A DNA stretch of 64,000 nucleotides from Amoebophrya sp. A120 (GCA_905178155.1 CAJINV010000016.1:124001-188000); one strand, 5' to 3'. Shown: positions 25,938 to 39,363, numbered from the stretch's first letter. The notes: generated by a model not told the origin, from the sequence alone. Made by a program: numbers and translations.

Positions 25938-28547
25938 GATTGGGTCTTGATTGATGGGGGAAAACAAATATTTCAAATCTATGTAGTTTAATCGAGTACA
26001 ATTTTCCTTTGTTTCGAGAGGGGATGACGAAAACACTCTGAGCTGAAAAAACAACGACAGTGCATGTAAGTGAAATAGTTATCGGTTGGTTGTGTCTGCG
26101 TGGTCTTTATCTCCTGTGACCACTACGGTGAAAATGAAAATTGGAAAAAACTGAAGATGCTCAACTAGGACTACAATCTCTTCATGCATGCTTCAAACGG
26201 ATACGGAAGCTGCTGTCCTAGAAGGAACGGGCTCAACAAAGCGAAATATCGCCAAAGTAGAAGATGCAATCTTCAAACTTCTATCTACAGATTCTCTACG
26301 CTCAAGATATTCCAACTGGCACACGCCTTCAGCGAGCCCTACGAAAAGAAAGCCACCGACTCCATCGCAACGCAACAACTCAACCGAGGACTTGTTCAAA
26401 CGTAACTAATACGTAGTTTGAGAAATAAGCAACGATAGTACGTCGACATGAATTATCAGTGACACACACACGACATCAACCGACTTCTACGAGATGAAGA
26501 ACCGAGCAGATGTCAATAAGCTCATTCCGAAGTACAAGTAGAGAATTTAGAAAAAACCGAGGAGAAGATAAAGGTTTAGGAGATTAATGTTGCGGACGGA
26601 AAGATGAACCGATGCAGCTGCTACAACGACGTCACCGAGAGCGAAAGCGAAAGTCAACGAATTCGAGAAGAATCAAAAATAAAGCATCTTCTCGCACTTC
26701 AAACATTCGCGCTTGCTGAGCGCGCGTTCTTTCCCGCTTGGTGCTGCTGGAGGTACTGTTGCACTTTGATGAAAAAAACTACACACATCAATACCGCATC
26801 ATTCTCTCAGTGGCGCCCTCCAAGTATTTTTCTTGTGACGTTTTGCGTATGCGTGAAGCGGTAACTGTAGCCTTGTTTTTAATGTAGCAGGTGATACAGA
26901 CAGAGTGAAAATGCAGTATCTAAGTGTAAACAAAATTAAAAATAAAAGCAATCAAGTCAATTATCGATCGTCAATTATGGTGCAAATTAAAAATGCATGG
27001 TAAAAACACGCCTGGCAATACCACACAACAAAGTCATTAGAAGATTCAGTTAGTTTTACATGATGAAATATGAATGCTACAAATAGGAACCAAATACCGA
27101 AAGCAATGAAATTAATTGGAAATGAAAATGAATAGAAAACAGTGGTAATAATGTAAGCATGAAAAATAACAAACCATGATAAACTTAAACATAAGGTACA
27201 ATTCGCAAAAATAGACACTAAACGTTGAATACAATTGAGCAGAAGTTTTACTTTTATCCCTTCGCTGGACCAGGACCAGCGACTCTTAACGACAAAATCA
27301 CCACAATGTCGCGCGGTCGTGGCCGTACGAGCCATCTACTTTGACCTGATATCTTTGCCAACATGTGCATTCGGAGTCGGCCACAAGGACCGAATCCGAT
27401 TCCGATCCATGCATCCATGTTCAACATGCATCAAGCGGTGACAAAGGGTGGACAAAGAAAATTGTGTACACAAAATCTAGTTCTAGTCGGATGATGAATA
27501 AAACAAAATTTCAACAAAACGCCCATAGCAAAAATCACAGCTAAAAAGCTGGAACGCCGTGCGAAGAACCTTCCTCCCCGTGGAGAGAGACCGAGTCTTC
27601 CTCGTCTTCGACGGAGCGCGACAAGTGTGCGCTGCGGTGCTGACCATGATGGTACCTAGGAGCAGCCGCTCTTCTTGGTTCACCGGAAAAGTCATCGTGC
27701 CGCCCCCTCGTCGCCATGCCACGATGGTACTGATGCAGGTCGTGGTCGTGCGACGACCCGTGCGCATGGTAGTAGTCAGCCGATTATGAAACTGAAAAAG
27801 AAGCCTCATCTACTCGACAGTACTACAGGCAGCTTGCGGAAATTCTTGACTGGAAGGTGATCAAGATGCACAAAATGAAGTCCTTTCGTGCCGAGCCAAT
27901 GAATAAGTAAATTTGAATACGAGCTTGATCATGATGTTGCTGAATCTTCGCACGAAGTGAAGATGCACAAATGAAGTTGTTGCATTGCATGCAACGAGAG
28001 TCGGCCGCGGCCGGGCTCGGCGGAGCTATAAGTGAAACGATATCAGATTTCTCGTATCTCTTTTCTCTCATCAAGTAGTAAGTCTTGCTGGAAAACGGCC
28101 GCTTTTCAGTCCCGTATCTTGTTTGTCCGGTGATTCTGCACGGTCCGACCGCTTCGATGGTTGTTCCGCTCGTTGTGGTGAAGCAACTCCGTGAAGCCCG
28201 TTGTCGCCGCCGCAGTGTGGGAATGCTGGTGCATGTTCCTGGTTTCCGGGATGGGGATGAAAAATTGCTGTCACGCTGGCTTGTGCTGACGGAGGACCGA
28301 ACGACTTCATCTTCATCAACTTGTTCGGGCGGTACAAATATAACCATGTCTACTATGTATTCATACCACCTTTGGTGCATACTTACCCGTCTTCAATGGC
28401 TGCAATGGGCCTCCTTACATCAAACCCAGAGTCTAGTGTAACGACATGCATCCGTTACGGAAAAATTGTGAACGCCGACTCTTTTTTTACTCGAGATAGA
28501 AAATTGTAGTGTCCACTTGTGGACACGGATCGAGTTGTGCAGTGCAT

Positions 28548-31146
28548 TTACATGCAAATGCATCGTTTTCGAGCTGCACCCCCTATACAAACCATGAATT
28601 CCACCCCGAGATGAAGATGAAAGCCCGGAGCTAGTAGCAGCAGCAGGACGGCCGAGCGCGCACGAGTTCTTTTAGATACTTGCAACACGTCGATTTTCCA
28701 AAAAGGAAAAAGAAGCGGCAGAGCTTTTACGTCGCCCCTGCCGGTTGCCTTTTGGTGGTCGTGAATGATAACCGCGCTCCGATTGATGGAAAGCAGCTGA
28801 ACCAGGTTGATTTCTTCGCGTTCTTCGTCGCGTGTGCTCCTGCTGCTTCTGCGCGAGGCTTGCGCGCTGTCGCTGTCGTCCTCGTAAATTTCCAGCGCCG
28901 TCGTGCTTTGGACGATAGTCCGCTTGAGTACCCGGAGGTCCCCGTGCGTTTCTTGGCGACAAGCCACTTTTCGAAGCAGGTGCGAGGAATGCAGAAGCAT
29001 CCTCGTCGTGTTCTTGCTCCTGTCCGGGTCCACCTGGACCTGCTGCGTCTTCATCCAGCGAAGTAGCTGACAGATCTGGATTTAGATGTTGATTGCGGCT
29101 GTTGTAGTTGTTGATGCCCCTGCTGCTTCCCGCTCCGTACGCGTAAGATCCAGCAGGGACGCCGCCCTCACCTGCTCCACCGTGGTGGTTCCTTCTTGCC
29201 GTGTTGCGATGGGCGCCAGGTCCTCCACCTCGCTTCGTTCCCCGGCCCCTTCGCTTCGCTGGTACGCGGTTCTGCGCAAGAAAGGCACTAGAAGAAGAGG
29301 AGGGTTTTTTCCTGCGATGCTGATGTTGATGAGCTCCTGCTTTTCTTGACAATTTTTGCTGGTGTCCATGATAATTTTCTTGATAATTGGGATCATTCAC
29401 ATTCTCTGGCTCAGCCATTTCTTTCCTTGTAGCGCCGAAGACATTGGCATTGCCCGAGGTTTGCTGTTGTTCCCCATCATCGCCAGCAACATCGCCGTTT
29501 TCCAGCTGTTTCCGGCCTCCTCGTCTCCGCGCTGCCATGTTGTTTTCCACGAAAGCGGCTGCCTCATCGGAAGTGCCCGACATGTTGGTCCCCTGCTGTT
29601 CGCGTTCGCCAGCTGAGGTGTCCAGAAACTCGTCATTTTTCTTTCGCGAGGACGCCACTCTTTGCTCCGCTTCCGTGAAGTTCGTGCTAGAAGAGTCTGC
29701 TGGGGGAGCAACAGGAATTCCATCCTCGTAACGCATGGAGGAATCTTCTCTCGTCGACGGGAAAGCAGATGGAGGTGGAGAGGGTGTATTTTCAGAAATG
29801 ACAGATGTCGGCCCATCGCTTGACTCTTTTTGAAGCACACTGGTCGTGTAGTTCTTGACGGGTCTCTTATTGTTGTGCCTCGTCGTCTTGTGGGATCGTT
29901 CTGCGTGCTCCTTCCTTGTGCCGGAGTGAGACGAGGTACTCGGCGCTGTCTTGCGTTTTTCGACATCATCTACTTCCAGTTGTCTTGCACGGCTTAGTTT
30001 ATTACCGTCCGTGCTCTCACCATCACCTGCGCCTACGAGTCCGTCCGAGGCTCGATTCTTTCCCTGCGTAAACGTAGCAGGGCGCGAGGACGCGATGTGC
30101 GGTCCCCGCTCACCAGCGCGCTCCATGGGCACCGAGGAGGTCGATGCATCAGAAGTTGCAAGACCATCCTCCACTGTCTGTTCACGATCTTGTTTTTGGA
30201 GGGCGGCGGCGGCTACAACGGGTTCGCTGTTCATCAGCGCCTTGTAGTTTCTTGTTGTGTCGGAGTCAAGATTTATTTCTTCCCCGCGTGCGACCTCCAT
30301 AGGCGCCGCCGGGGTACTACTAGTCGATTCAGAGATTGGCCGCGGCCTGCCCTCCGAAATTCCGCTTTCTCGTGGTCCCGCGTCGGGACTTGCCGCTCCC
30401 AGCCTGCTGCCACTGCTCTCGTTCTGCTCTCCGGCTCCCGTGGTCACAGACCCGGGGACAGTGCCAGCACTTCTTCTACTCTCTGTTTTTCCTTGCGTGA
30501 AAGTGCTAGGACGAGCAGCCGCGACCTTGACTTGCACCTCGTGAAGATGCGCAGCCGGCTCGCTGGTAGTTGCAGATGTCGTTACTGAAGATGCGCCGTC
30601 AGAAAAATCTTGCTCATGCGACTCCTTTCCATTTTCTAGGAAGGAGGTCGTGGCTGAGTCTTTTCCTCTTGCATGCTGGTCTTCAGCTTGATTTGTTCCT
30701 GTTCGTGTTCCCGCTTGTAGTCGACGTTGTTCCTCCGCAGCTTGTTCTTGGGCCAAACGGTGCTTCCGCCTGGACCCCCGCAACCGATACCGCTTAGGGG
30801 GCTCCTCAACCGACGGCGGGGAGGCTGTGAGATCTCCTGCTCCTGTTGAGGAGGAAGCGGAGGTTGACGATGGCGAAGATCCCGACTCGGCTTGGTTCGC
30901 GGAGTAGAACATTTGCCCCAGCTGATCCCAGACTCCTTTCCCAAACGACCCGTCCCAAAACGCAAAGGCTTGCAGAGGACCTTGCTCGCAAACTAGGAGA
31001 GTGAGGAGTAGCAGTTTCGCAAAAGAAGCGGTAGGTCGGAATCTTGTCAACATCTTCCTCGCCCTCGGTGTTGGTGAAGTTCTTGGGGACCACCCAGAGG
31101 CAGTCTCTTGTTCGCCGCGAGGATTGTTTCGCAACCTTGTCAACAT
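28548..31146 (-). CDS. Array gene D: divergent paralog with related leader and long low-complexity body; no catalytic motif seen
   Basis: LLLLTLLVCEQGPLQAFAFWDGSFGKGVWDQLGQMF and KRYRLRGS match A-C. The C-terminus may switch to frame 28548-29054 (LLRKVAC resembles LLHRLVC). Confidence 0.55.
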
Positions 31147-32570
31147 CGTAGCTGCGAATGAAGATGAAAGCGGTGATTTGATAATTACAATGCGCTCGGC
31201 GTAGCACTGCGTGCAGGTCCCTCCTCTGACCCGAAGAAATGCACTCGTGCACGCAATTCAAGTGGGAAATAAAGAAAAATTGTTCATTTGATTCTACTTT
31301 GGGTTTGAAAAGTCAAAAGCTTAGAGGTGAATAATGGATTTGGGCAAAAAATAGAGATCGTCCTTATCGCCGATGGACACTGTGGAGTTGGTAGTGGTGA
31401 GTTTACAACTACATGCTCGACTCGTTTCTTGTTCTCAAGAGAAGATGAAAATGAGCTCTTACGAGAAAAAGCAAACATGATATCATCTTGCAGCACGAAC
31501 CACCGACAGCAACCGGGACACGGCGATTTTTTTCAAAAACGATGTTGATAAAGCTGCTGGGCAGCCATATCAACGTACGGCACCGAGAAGTAGAGTCCAC
31601 TGCTCCACCGAGATGCGGATGCAGGAAGGGCAACGCAAAAAACCGAAGAACTCTGAAGTTCAAAGATTTCTCTCAACCGATTCAAATGTTGTGATAGATG
31701 ACGTAGAGTACGAAAAAATAAACTCACACGGTTTAGCATTTGGTGTTCGAAGCACCACTTAATGCACGACTGGAACCGAAATTATTATTCGCCATCCATG
31801 GGGCTATCATGTGGAGATGTACTTTTGCACGACCAAGACCGAGAGCAGAAGGGCCGAATTACCGTCCTTTCTGATGAGCCGTAATCATCAAGAACTACTA
31901 CCTAGAACCAGCAAGAAACAAAACAGAAAAAACGCCGCGGAAGTCCAGACCTGCCTCCTCTGTATACGGAGTGAGCCTGAGCGTTGAGCTTCCCCCGTAG
32001 CCGTGCCGATAAGTAAGTAGTGTATGAGAGAATTAGTCGAGGTTGATATTGAGATTGTTTGACACACTTTCCGGAAAACTAAAACTTTGATGATATGAAA
32101 ACGATTCAAACTACATACATGAAAAGCATAATAGAAACTCGAGAAAGCAGATAAGTACTTGCAGTGCTTACTCCCAGCAAAGCGTGTAGTGCATCATCTT
32201 CTTCCCTACCTATCATGTGGCCGGTGCATAAGTACAGGCAACGAGAACCACATCCAGTAGTCGCGTATTAATGTTGTCTTCCGCTGGCTTCGCTTCAATA
32301 GAGAGACGAGACAATAAAATTTGATGCGTACATGATCATGTAAAAGTAAATATGTAATAAGTGTGCTGTAGAACAATTGAAACGAAATAAAAGCAAGCTG
32401 ACTTCTTGTGGTCGTGCTGGAAACTACATCTACAAATGTTCTAGCTTAAAGCTATACGGAGCCGTGCTTTTGTTCCATCTCCCTTCACGACCACGAGAAA
32501 GTAAATCAATACCACTGCGTAACAAAGTTTGTCCTCGTGCAGTTCCTTTCGCTTTCCCCTGAAGATCTCC

Positions 32571-33976
32571 TCAGGCTGGCGGTCCTCCAAACGAAATCAG
32601 TTGTTGATCCATCGACCCGAGTTCTTGCCGTGCTTTCTCGACGACACTGTTACGAACGTCAGAAACGGGCATCGTTGAGTAGACCGGCGTGGAGTGCGGT
32701 CCAGCGGTGGCGGGCATTTGCGATGCGTAGTCGGTTGGGATGTTGTGCTTTCGGTCTTTCATCATGTTTTCCGCGAACTTTTCGAAACCGGCGTCGTACA
32801 GCAGTGGCTCTCCGTGACTGTCCAGTTGCAGGGCGTAATTGGGTACGGATTTCATCGGGTTCGGGTCGGACGGAATGGATTCGGAGCCAATTTGGAAAGA
32901 ACTGCCCATCGCGCTCCCGGTGCTCGAGAAAAAGTTGTGCAAGTACGTGTTTCCGAAATGCACCGTCGATTGCTTCTTCTTCAACGTCGGACCCGCGGCT
33001 CCGGTTTCGTCGCTGTCCCCTGCATATCCTGTGCAAAAGTATCGCACTCGTATATTAAATGCAAATCTTGCATTACAAATCTTGTTCCCAAGGCAAATCT
33101 GCATTACAAATTTTATTTCTCACGCTCCTGAGGAAATTTGTAATGCATTTATATATACGAGTGCGATGCCTTTGCAATTCATACAGCAGCTACGGAAAAA
33201 TTCGCCGTTGAACCCGCGATCATCGTCGTTTTGTTCGCTTTCGAGCTTTATGAAGTGCAAAAATGTCTGGGTCTGGAAGGTTGGAACTTGTGATGCTAAC
33301 TTTGGACTCTAAAAAAATCTGTATTGCATGACCAGCAAGAGGAGTCTAGTTTGTGCTACGCTGGGAGGGCATTTGTCATGCTTAGTAGGCATCAGGAGGC
33401 CTTCTAAAGATCTGTGATGCTAGGTCGTGCATTACAGACATCCTGTTCCTGGGTCATGCAAAATATGCATGACAAACCCGGCAACATTCCAGACCCAGAC
33501 ATTTTTACATTTGATAAGCTTTTTGTCCCACCTCCTGCGGATTGTTGACCACTCTTCGGGGTGGACACTGAAGTCGTTGCCGGCGTCGCGAGCAACTGTC
33601 GTTTCGGTTCGAGCTTTTGCAGCATGTAGGCGAACGCGATGATGAGCAGCAAAATCGTGGTGGTGCAGAAGAGAATCGTTAAAGACAGATTCGTCGTGCA
33701 CTCGCATTTCCTCGCTGATTCGGCTTTGGTGCCGACAGAGTGTGAGTGCTCGAGGAAGCTGTTGGACGACGAGGCTTTGGGCAAATTGGAACTCACGTAG
33801 TAGAGGAAATCGGAAGCGGCGGAGGTGGTGGCGGTGATGGAGGAAGCAGCTGCTATGACACCCGTGGTTTCAGCAGCTGCGTCGCTGCTGCTCGTCCATC
33901 CGCCCCAAGAAGAGGAACTCGAGGATGCTTGTGGGGAGCTGACGTCGCCGCCGCTACCCAGAATCAGCTCAAGCAT
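32571..33976 (-). CDS. Single-pass membrane protein, paralog of 1956-5150; 2 introners
   Basis: KCECTTNLSLTILFCTTTILLLIIAFAYMLQKLEPKR...GGTKS|SKANK...VAA|GDSDE...PVYSTMPVSDVRNSVVEKARQELGSMD. Confidence 0.7.
33025..33183. mobile_element. Introner, family F (TAT....TGCAAAAGTATCG.ACT.GTA TIR, about 150 bp)
   Basis: TIR; flanks CTGCA/CAGCA. Confidence 0.85.
33249..33516. mobile_element. Introner, family A
   Basis: TIR; TSD AGCTT. Confidence 0.9.
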
Positions 33977-34974
33977 GGCGGTCCGTGTGTAAGTAGAAGT
34001 CCTCCTGGTGTGCAGTTAGTACTACTTCTATACTAGAGCGCTGCTTTGGTTTTTGAATCAAGTCTGGGGATGAACAGAAGTGAAGTCAAGTTGTAGTTCG
34101 CGCGGGCATGATAATGAAGATTTTTCATGTTTTTTCGGTCGTACGGAAGTATTTTTTTCGGTCGTAGGGCGCAAAGATTGATATCTTAGCCTGTGCAGAA
34201 GTAAAAGTAAAGCATTGAAAAACTACGCTAGCAAATAATTTGCACTAAAGATCCAGACGAGCCTATCCCTATCAGTGCAGCCGCGACGATACTTGCATGC
34301 AGAACAGGGGTGCGAAAGATTACCGAGGATTTCAAATCAAGTTCAAGACCACGCTATGAGTTGTCGTGTGGTCAACAAACCGAACAAAGTTCTTTTCATT
34401 TGAGTTCTATTTGAGCAGACCGACATCAGTAGGCAGCTGTTCCACATTGACCGACAAGTTAGCAGACGAAGCAAGGACTAGGAGAAGCTAGTACGGCAAG
34501 AATACGATGACCAAATTCTTCGCGGACGAGCTGACGGTGACCGAAAGGTCCTCCGCGAGGACGTGGACATAAAACCGAACTTTTCATCAGTATTGAAAAC
34601 GAACAAAACAATGGGCCTCGCAGGTCGTGCTGAAGAAGAGGCAAAATATCACTTGAAAAGCGAAAAATACACCGACCTTTCAGCAGAATAGCTGAGAGTG
34701 GTTGTTGATGAAAAGCGCTAACATTTTTTCACTTTCATGATCGTGTTGAATGATATATGCAATTCGAGCAAAACCAAAAAAAGAAAATGGGTGTCTTTCT
34801 GCTCTTGTCAACAACAACACATCTTCATGGCTGTGCGCATATGTCGTTCATCGTTTCATTATTGGCTGCTACGTGTCGTTTTGACCTCGATTTTTTGCGA
34901 AGATTTGCCGTATCAGTATCGTAATTCTCAATTGCCAGCATCCAACACCTTTCAACATTCACGTTGAGTATCTA

Positions 34975-37900
34975 TCATGTCGTCCCAACATATTCCAGCA
35001 ACATCGGCAAATGATCCGACACCGCAGCGCCCCGGTAGACTCGCGGTCGCCAATTTTGTTTGAACGAGTTCTCGAAGTCAACATTGCTACTGGTACTATC
35101 GACCACCACCGGCCTCACATAATAATAATCCACCCGCGCGGTTGACCACACAGTCATCTTCGGCGGTTGCAAATCACACAAATCAAAGCAGTCTCGGAAC
35201 CCCGTGTCCCCCTTTTCCAAAAACTCACACACGTTACTGTTGAACGGCTTCGGGAATCTGGCAAGCCGGTCGGCGTCGTACTCGCATTTTTCCTTGTTTT
35301 CAAGAGCTATCAAATGTAAAAATGTCTGGGTCTGGAAGAGTCATGCTGTTTTTGCATGACACAGAAGGTCTGGCATGGAAGCTCTAGCATCACAGGTTTC
35401 GAGAACCTTCCGCAATGCCGAATCCGCATGACAAGTCCCCTATTTTGCTGACAAAAAGTTGGAGCTTTTGCTAGGTAAGCATGAGAGACTTTTCTGTGTT
35501 CTGAAATACGCATTACAAGCAGTGGATGACTGTGAACGCAGCTGGATGACTGTGACCTGGCTCGTCTTCGATGGGCAGGCGGATGACTGTGACCTGTCTC
35601 GCCCATCAAGATCCCTAATCCGTAGCCCCTAGACGTTGCCTGGCCCGCGAATGACTCCACGGCAGCCGGATGTCCGTGACCTGGTTATAAAGGGCTTCGT
35701 CGATCGATTGTGCCACTAGGGCCTTGTGTTCCGGCTACTCCGGATCGCAATCGATGGAGGGCGGGACCTGCACCGGCGACAGGCGCTATCCAACCAACCA
35801 ACTAACAAGTTGCAATCTTCCAGACCCAGACATTTTTGCATTTGATAAGAACCCGCAGCGCGTTCAAATCGCCACAAAGGATGTCGAGGGTGGTTGCTGT
35901 AGATGTAGTTCCGGTGGACTTCTTTTCTGCATCGGAAGTTCTTGTTCCAGATGACGTTCTACTTGATGAAACTGCTGGTTTTGATATCCCTTTGTCCAAC
36001 CTCCCGACGATCTGCTTCGCCTGTTCCAAAGCCACCTTTCCCTCCAAATCCCAAATTTCCAGATGCGTGCCAGTCACTCGCAGATTCAAATCCTCCGTGA
36101 TTTTCACAAACCCGGTCGATACCGCGGACCGGTCCTCGTGCGGCCGGTAGTTTCTCGCGCCTGCCATGTGCAGAATGAAGGGCGAATTCGGTAGTTCCTG
36201 ACCGTTTGTATCAATATCACCACCAAACTGCATCTTCCTCCTGGACAAAATCACGTTTCCGAAAAACGCGCCCCGCAACTTCATGTGCCAATCCCATTTT
36301 GTGGTGTTCCCGTACAGGAAAAATTCGTAGCCGCAATCCTCCCGCATTTTTTTCTCGAAGTTCTGTTTCGTCAAGTACGGCCATAACAGCATGGCTTCGT
36401 TCAACACCAAAATGTTGCAGTCCAGTAGCTTGATCTCGTTGATGATTTTCTGAATGTCCAGCTGCCCGTGAACCGTGTGCCAAAATTGAATGTTCCACAC
36501 ACCTAAGCGGAATTTCGCTTTTCCCCTCGCGGTTTGCAGGTCCAGCGGAGAGGTGTAGTAGATTTCATCGGTTTGCTTTGTATTTTCCTTTGAACCTTCA
36601 CCTTCACCTTCTGCATCACAAGTTTCGCTGGGCGAAAGTGACCCCGACTGGTTTTCTGCCACGAACCTCAAAAACTCCTCCGTTAGTTCCTTTCTCCCCC
36701 GTATTTTCGGCGCCCACGGACCGTCGTAGAGCCGGATTCGCAAAATCCCAATAATCTCCACCTTCGAGTTGTCGTAACACACGTAAATCGGGCACTCCCG
36801 GCCCTCGGATCTTGGTGTGAAATTCGCGGTTGTAACGCCGGTCACGTGGGATGATGAACAGGATTCGTGATCCGCTTTCAGCAAACAGACAAACACCCAG
36901 CCTTCGCCGGAAAAGCAACTCGCGGCGTCAATGTCGGAGGCGAAGTACGTGACCTTCCCGATCTGCCCCAGTTTGGGCTTGAAAAAACCGGATTCTTTGT
37001 TGTTTTGGAGGATGGACCAGCAGGTAGACACGGACGTGCCGTGGAAGGCGATGGTGTGGCTTGGAGAAGAGGTACTAAATTCTGTTCCTGTTTCCGCATC
37101 ACAACTTTCATCTGTTCCGAGGCTACTACTTGATGGTAAGGCTACAATTCCTGCTCTCCCCTTCCAATCCTTCACCATGTAAACCTCTTGGATCCGCTCC
37201 AGCGTGCCGTCCGGATCAGCGGTGGAGAGGAAGCCTTGCTTTCTTGGGCCGAACCCGCTTTGGAGGAAGGTTAACGCGGGTGCAGAAGTGCTGGTGTTTT
37301 TTTCTTTCTCGTTTTCTTCTTGCGTAGTTTCAGTTTCTCTTGCTGGTGGCGCTGCGGTTCGAGCGACTTTGACCACGAAGGGCCTCAATCCGAAGAAGAT
37401 CATGGGCGCCACGTGCTCACCGACGAAGAGGAGGAGGTGTCCCAGGTAGAACGCACGCCAGATGATGAAAACAGCGGTGAGGCCTGGAAGAAATTAGATT
37501 TTTAGAAAATTTGAAAAGTACGACGTTCTTTCATTTTTGATACTTGGTAGTAGTACAGCAGCGGCAGCGCTCTGTATCACGGAAACATGATGAAACAAAA
37601 TCCAATACAGAACCATAAGTATGAAGCGCAGCACAAAAATGAGCTCTACCGCTTCCCCCCGTCGCGAACAGTTCCCCTAGAAAAACCTTCCCGATCAACG
37701 TGTACAGCCAGCAGACACCAATGGTCACGTCGTGCATAAACCGCTGCCTGCGGAAGGACCGCTGCTCGAACAGGGTCAAGAAAAACCACATGTACAGCCG
37801 GTCGAGGACGTTGAACAGCAACAATCCGTACACGATGAAGAGCCAGGAGTTCCGATCCCTTCTGTCCACGAGTAAAAAGGGGTAAATCAGGTTGTAGAGG

Positions 37901-39363
37901 GTAAATCCGAAAATCTTCGGACCTCTCGTCTCAACCGACAATTGTGGGATGGAATGAAGGAGTGTCGCGAGGTCCTTATCTGCGTCTGGGAGCTGTTTAT
38001 TTGAGGAGGCATTTTTACCCGTAGTCATTCCGTCGGTGTTACTGCTCGTCAAAAACGCTTTCTGCAAGTATTCGTCCACGTCTTTTTGTATTTTCCTCGC
38101 ATCCTTTGCGGAGAACTGCCCGGTTTCTGCCACCTTCTTCATGTAATCCCGGATGACATGTTCTTGATTCTGACCGATGGCACCATCTGTAGTAGTTGAG
38201 CCTCCCTGGTGCATACCAGAAACAGATCCGGGTGGCAGGTCCACCATTTCCCGCCACAATTTCTCTTCCCCAATCACCTCCGATCGGTTAAAAACGCGCT
38301 CGAAAACCGCGCTTTTCTCTTCCAAAATCTTCCTGCCCAACTCCTCCGGCAAAACCTTCTCGTCGTTTTTCGCAGCAGTGTTTTCGTGCCCGTGAGTCCG
38401 CCCGAGAAAGTTCGCGATGTTCGTATGATAGTGCACAACTCCCCCTCCCCCTCATTTGTCATGCAAAATACCCAATCCACCCTTTGCCTCTTGGCACTGT
38501 GTGCATGACAAGTTCTGGTAGCCCAAATAGCACTATACTCCAGCGCAAATCTGTCATGCAAAACCGGCACTCTTGCTGATGCTTGTATTGCCGTTCGTGC
38601 TACACAAATGAGGGGGAGGGGGAGTTGTGCACTGTCATAGTTCGCCGGTAGGATGCTGAAAGCCGGGCAGGCGAAGGCCGCGAGGTTCTCGATATGCCAT
38701 GTAAATTTCCCGTATATGTACAAAATGCATGACAATTTTCGCTAACTTGCGGTGTCCAACTTGTCATGCTAGACCAGGATTGAAGGCAAGTTTTGTCATG
38801 CAGAGACTGCATTTGTACGTGTACTTACGGGAAATTTACTGTGGATACTCGAGGCCCATCTTCACCGGGAAGTGCTGCTGCACCAGGCCGAAAAAGGTCA
38901 AGGCGTAGATGGTCGTGACAAGCAACGAGTCGCGCTCGGGGGAACTGGTGGCAAGCACGATTAAACCGTAGGTCGGGAGGAGGAGGAAAATGTTGAAGTA
39001 CAGTTGTGAGATGCCAGCGACAAGGTTTAGGTAGCTGCTTGAAGACGACTTTGCTGTCGGTCGTGTCGGGTGCTTTGATGCTGGCTTGTTCTTGGTCGTG
39101 TCACCTGCAGCTGGTGTGGAAGGTGCAGTCGCCACTTCATCTGCATGAAGATCACCTCCACCCACAGTCACGATCTCTTCTCTTTCGAAAATTGTCTTCC
39201 ACGCAACCATCGCCGTCGTCGTCAACACGAGCACCGCTAAAATATGCTCCGGCGCGGCGAGAAGTTCGTTGAAAAGCGATTTTAGGTGCGAGTCCCACAT
39301 ACTTGCCGCCAGCGCACCGTAGCAGCAGGTCGTGAGAAGGGTGGCACCGGGGAAGTCGCCCAT
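34975..39363 (-). CDS. Multi-TM protein fused to a PARP-like ADP-ribosyltransferase domain and an exonuclease/endonuclease/phosphatase (EEP) domain
   Basis: Joined through introners 38693-38847, 38424-38639, 35308-35847 and GT-AG intron 37484-37649. ART motifs: AFHGTS, GKVTYFA, IYVCYD. EEP motifs: GVWNI, LVLNEA, GNVILSR, GTHL, CGDLN, RVDY, SDHLP. Confidence 0.7.
35308..35847. mobile_element. Introner, family A, with a nested insertion
   Basis: TIR; flanks AGAGC/AGAAC; removal gives GDLNALRVL|ENKEK. Confidence 0.85.
35520..35804 (+). mobile_element. Nested SINE-like or truncated non-LTR insertion
   Basis: Flanked by duplicated ACAAG; internal GGATGACTGTGA repeats; ends in a CCAACCAACCAACTA tail. 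Confidence 0.55.
38424..38639. mobile_element. Introner, family C
   Basis: TIR; TSD GTTCG. Confidence 0.9.
38693..38847. mobile_element. Introner, family G (TAT....GTAAATTTCCCGTA TIR)
   Basis: TIR; TSD CTCGA. Confidence 0.85.

Noticed and set aside
27483-28441. Short ORFs downstream of array gene D
   Set aside because: No recognisable motifs and no supportable splice model.
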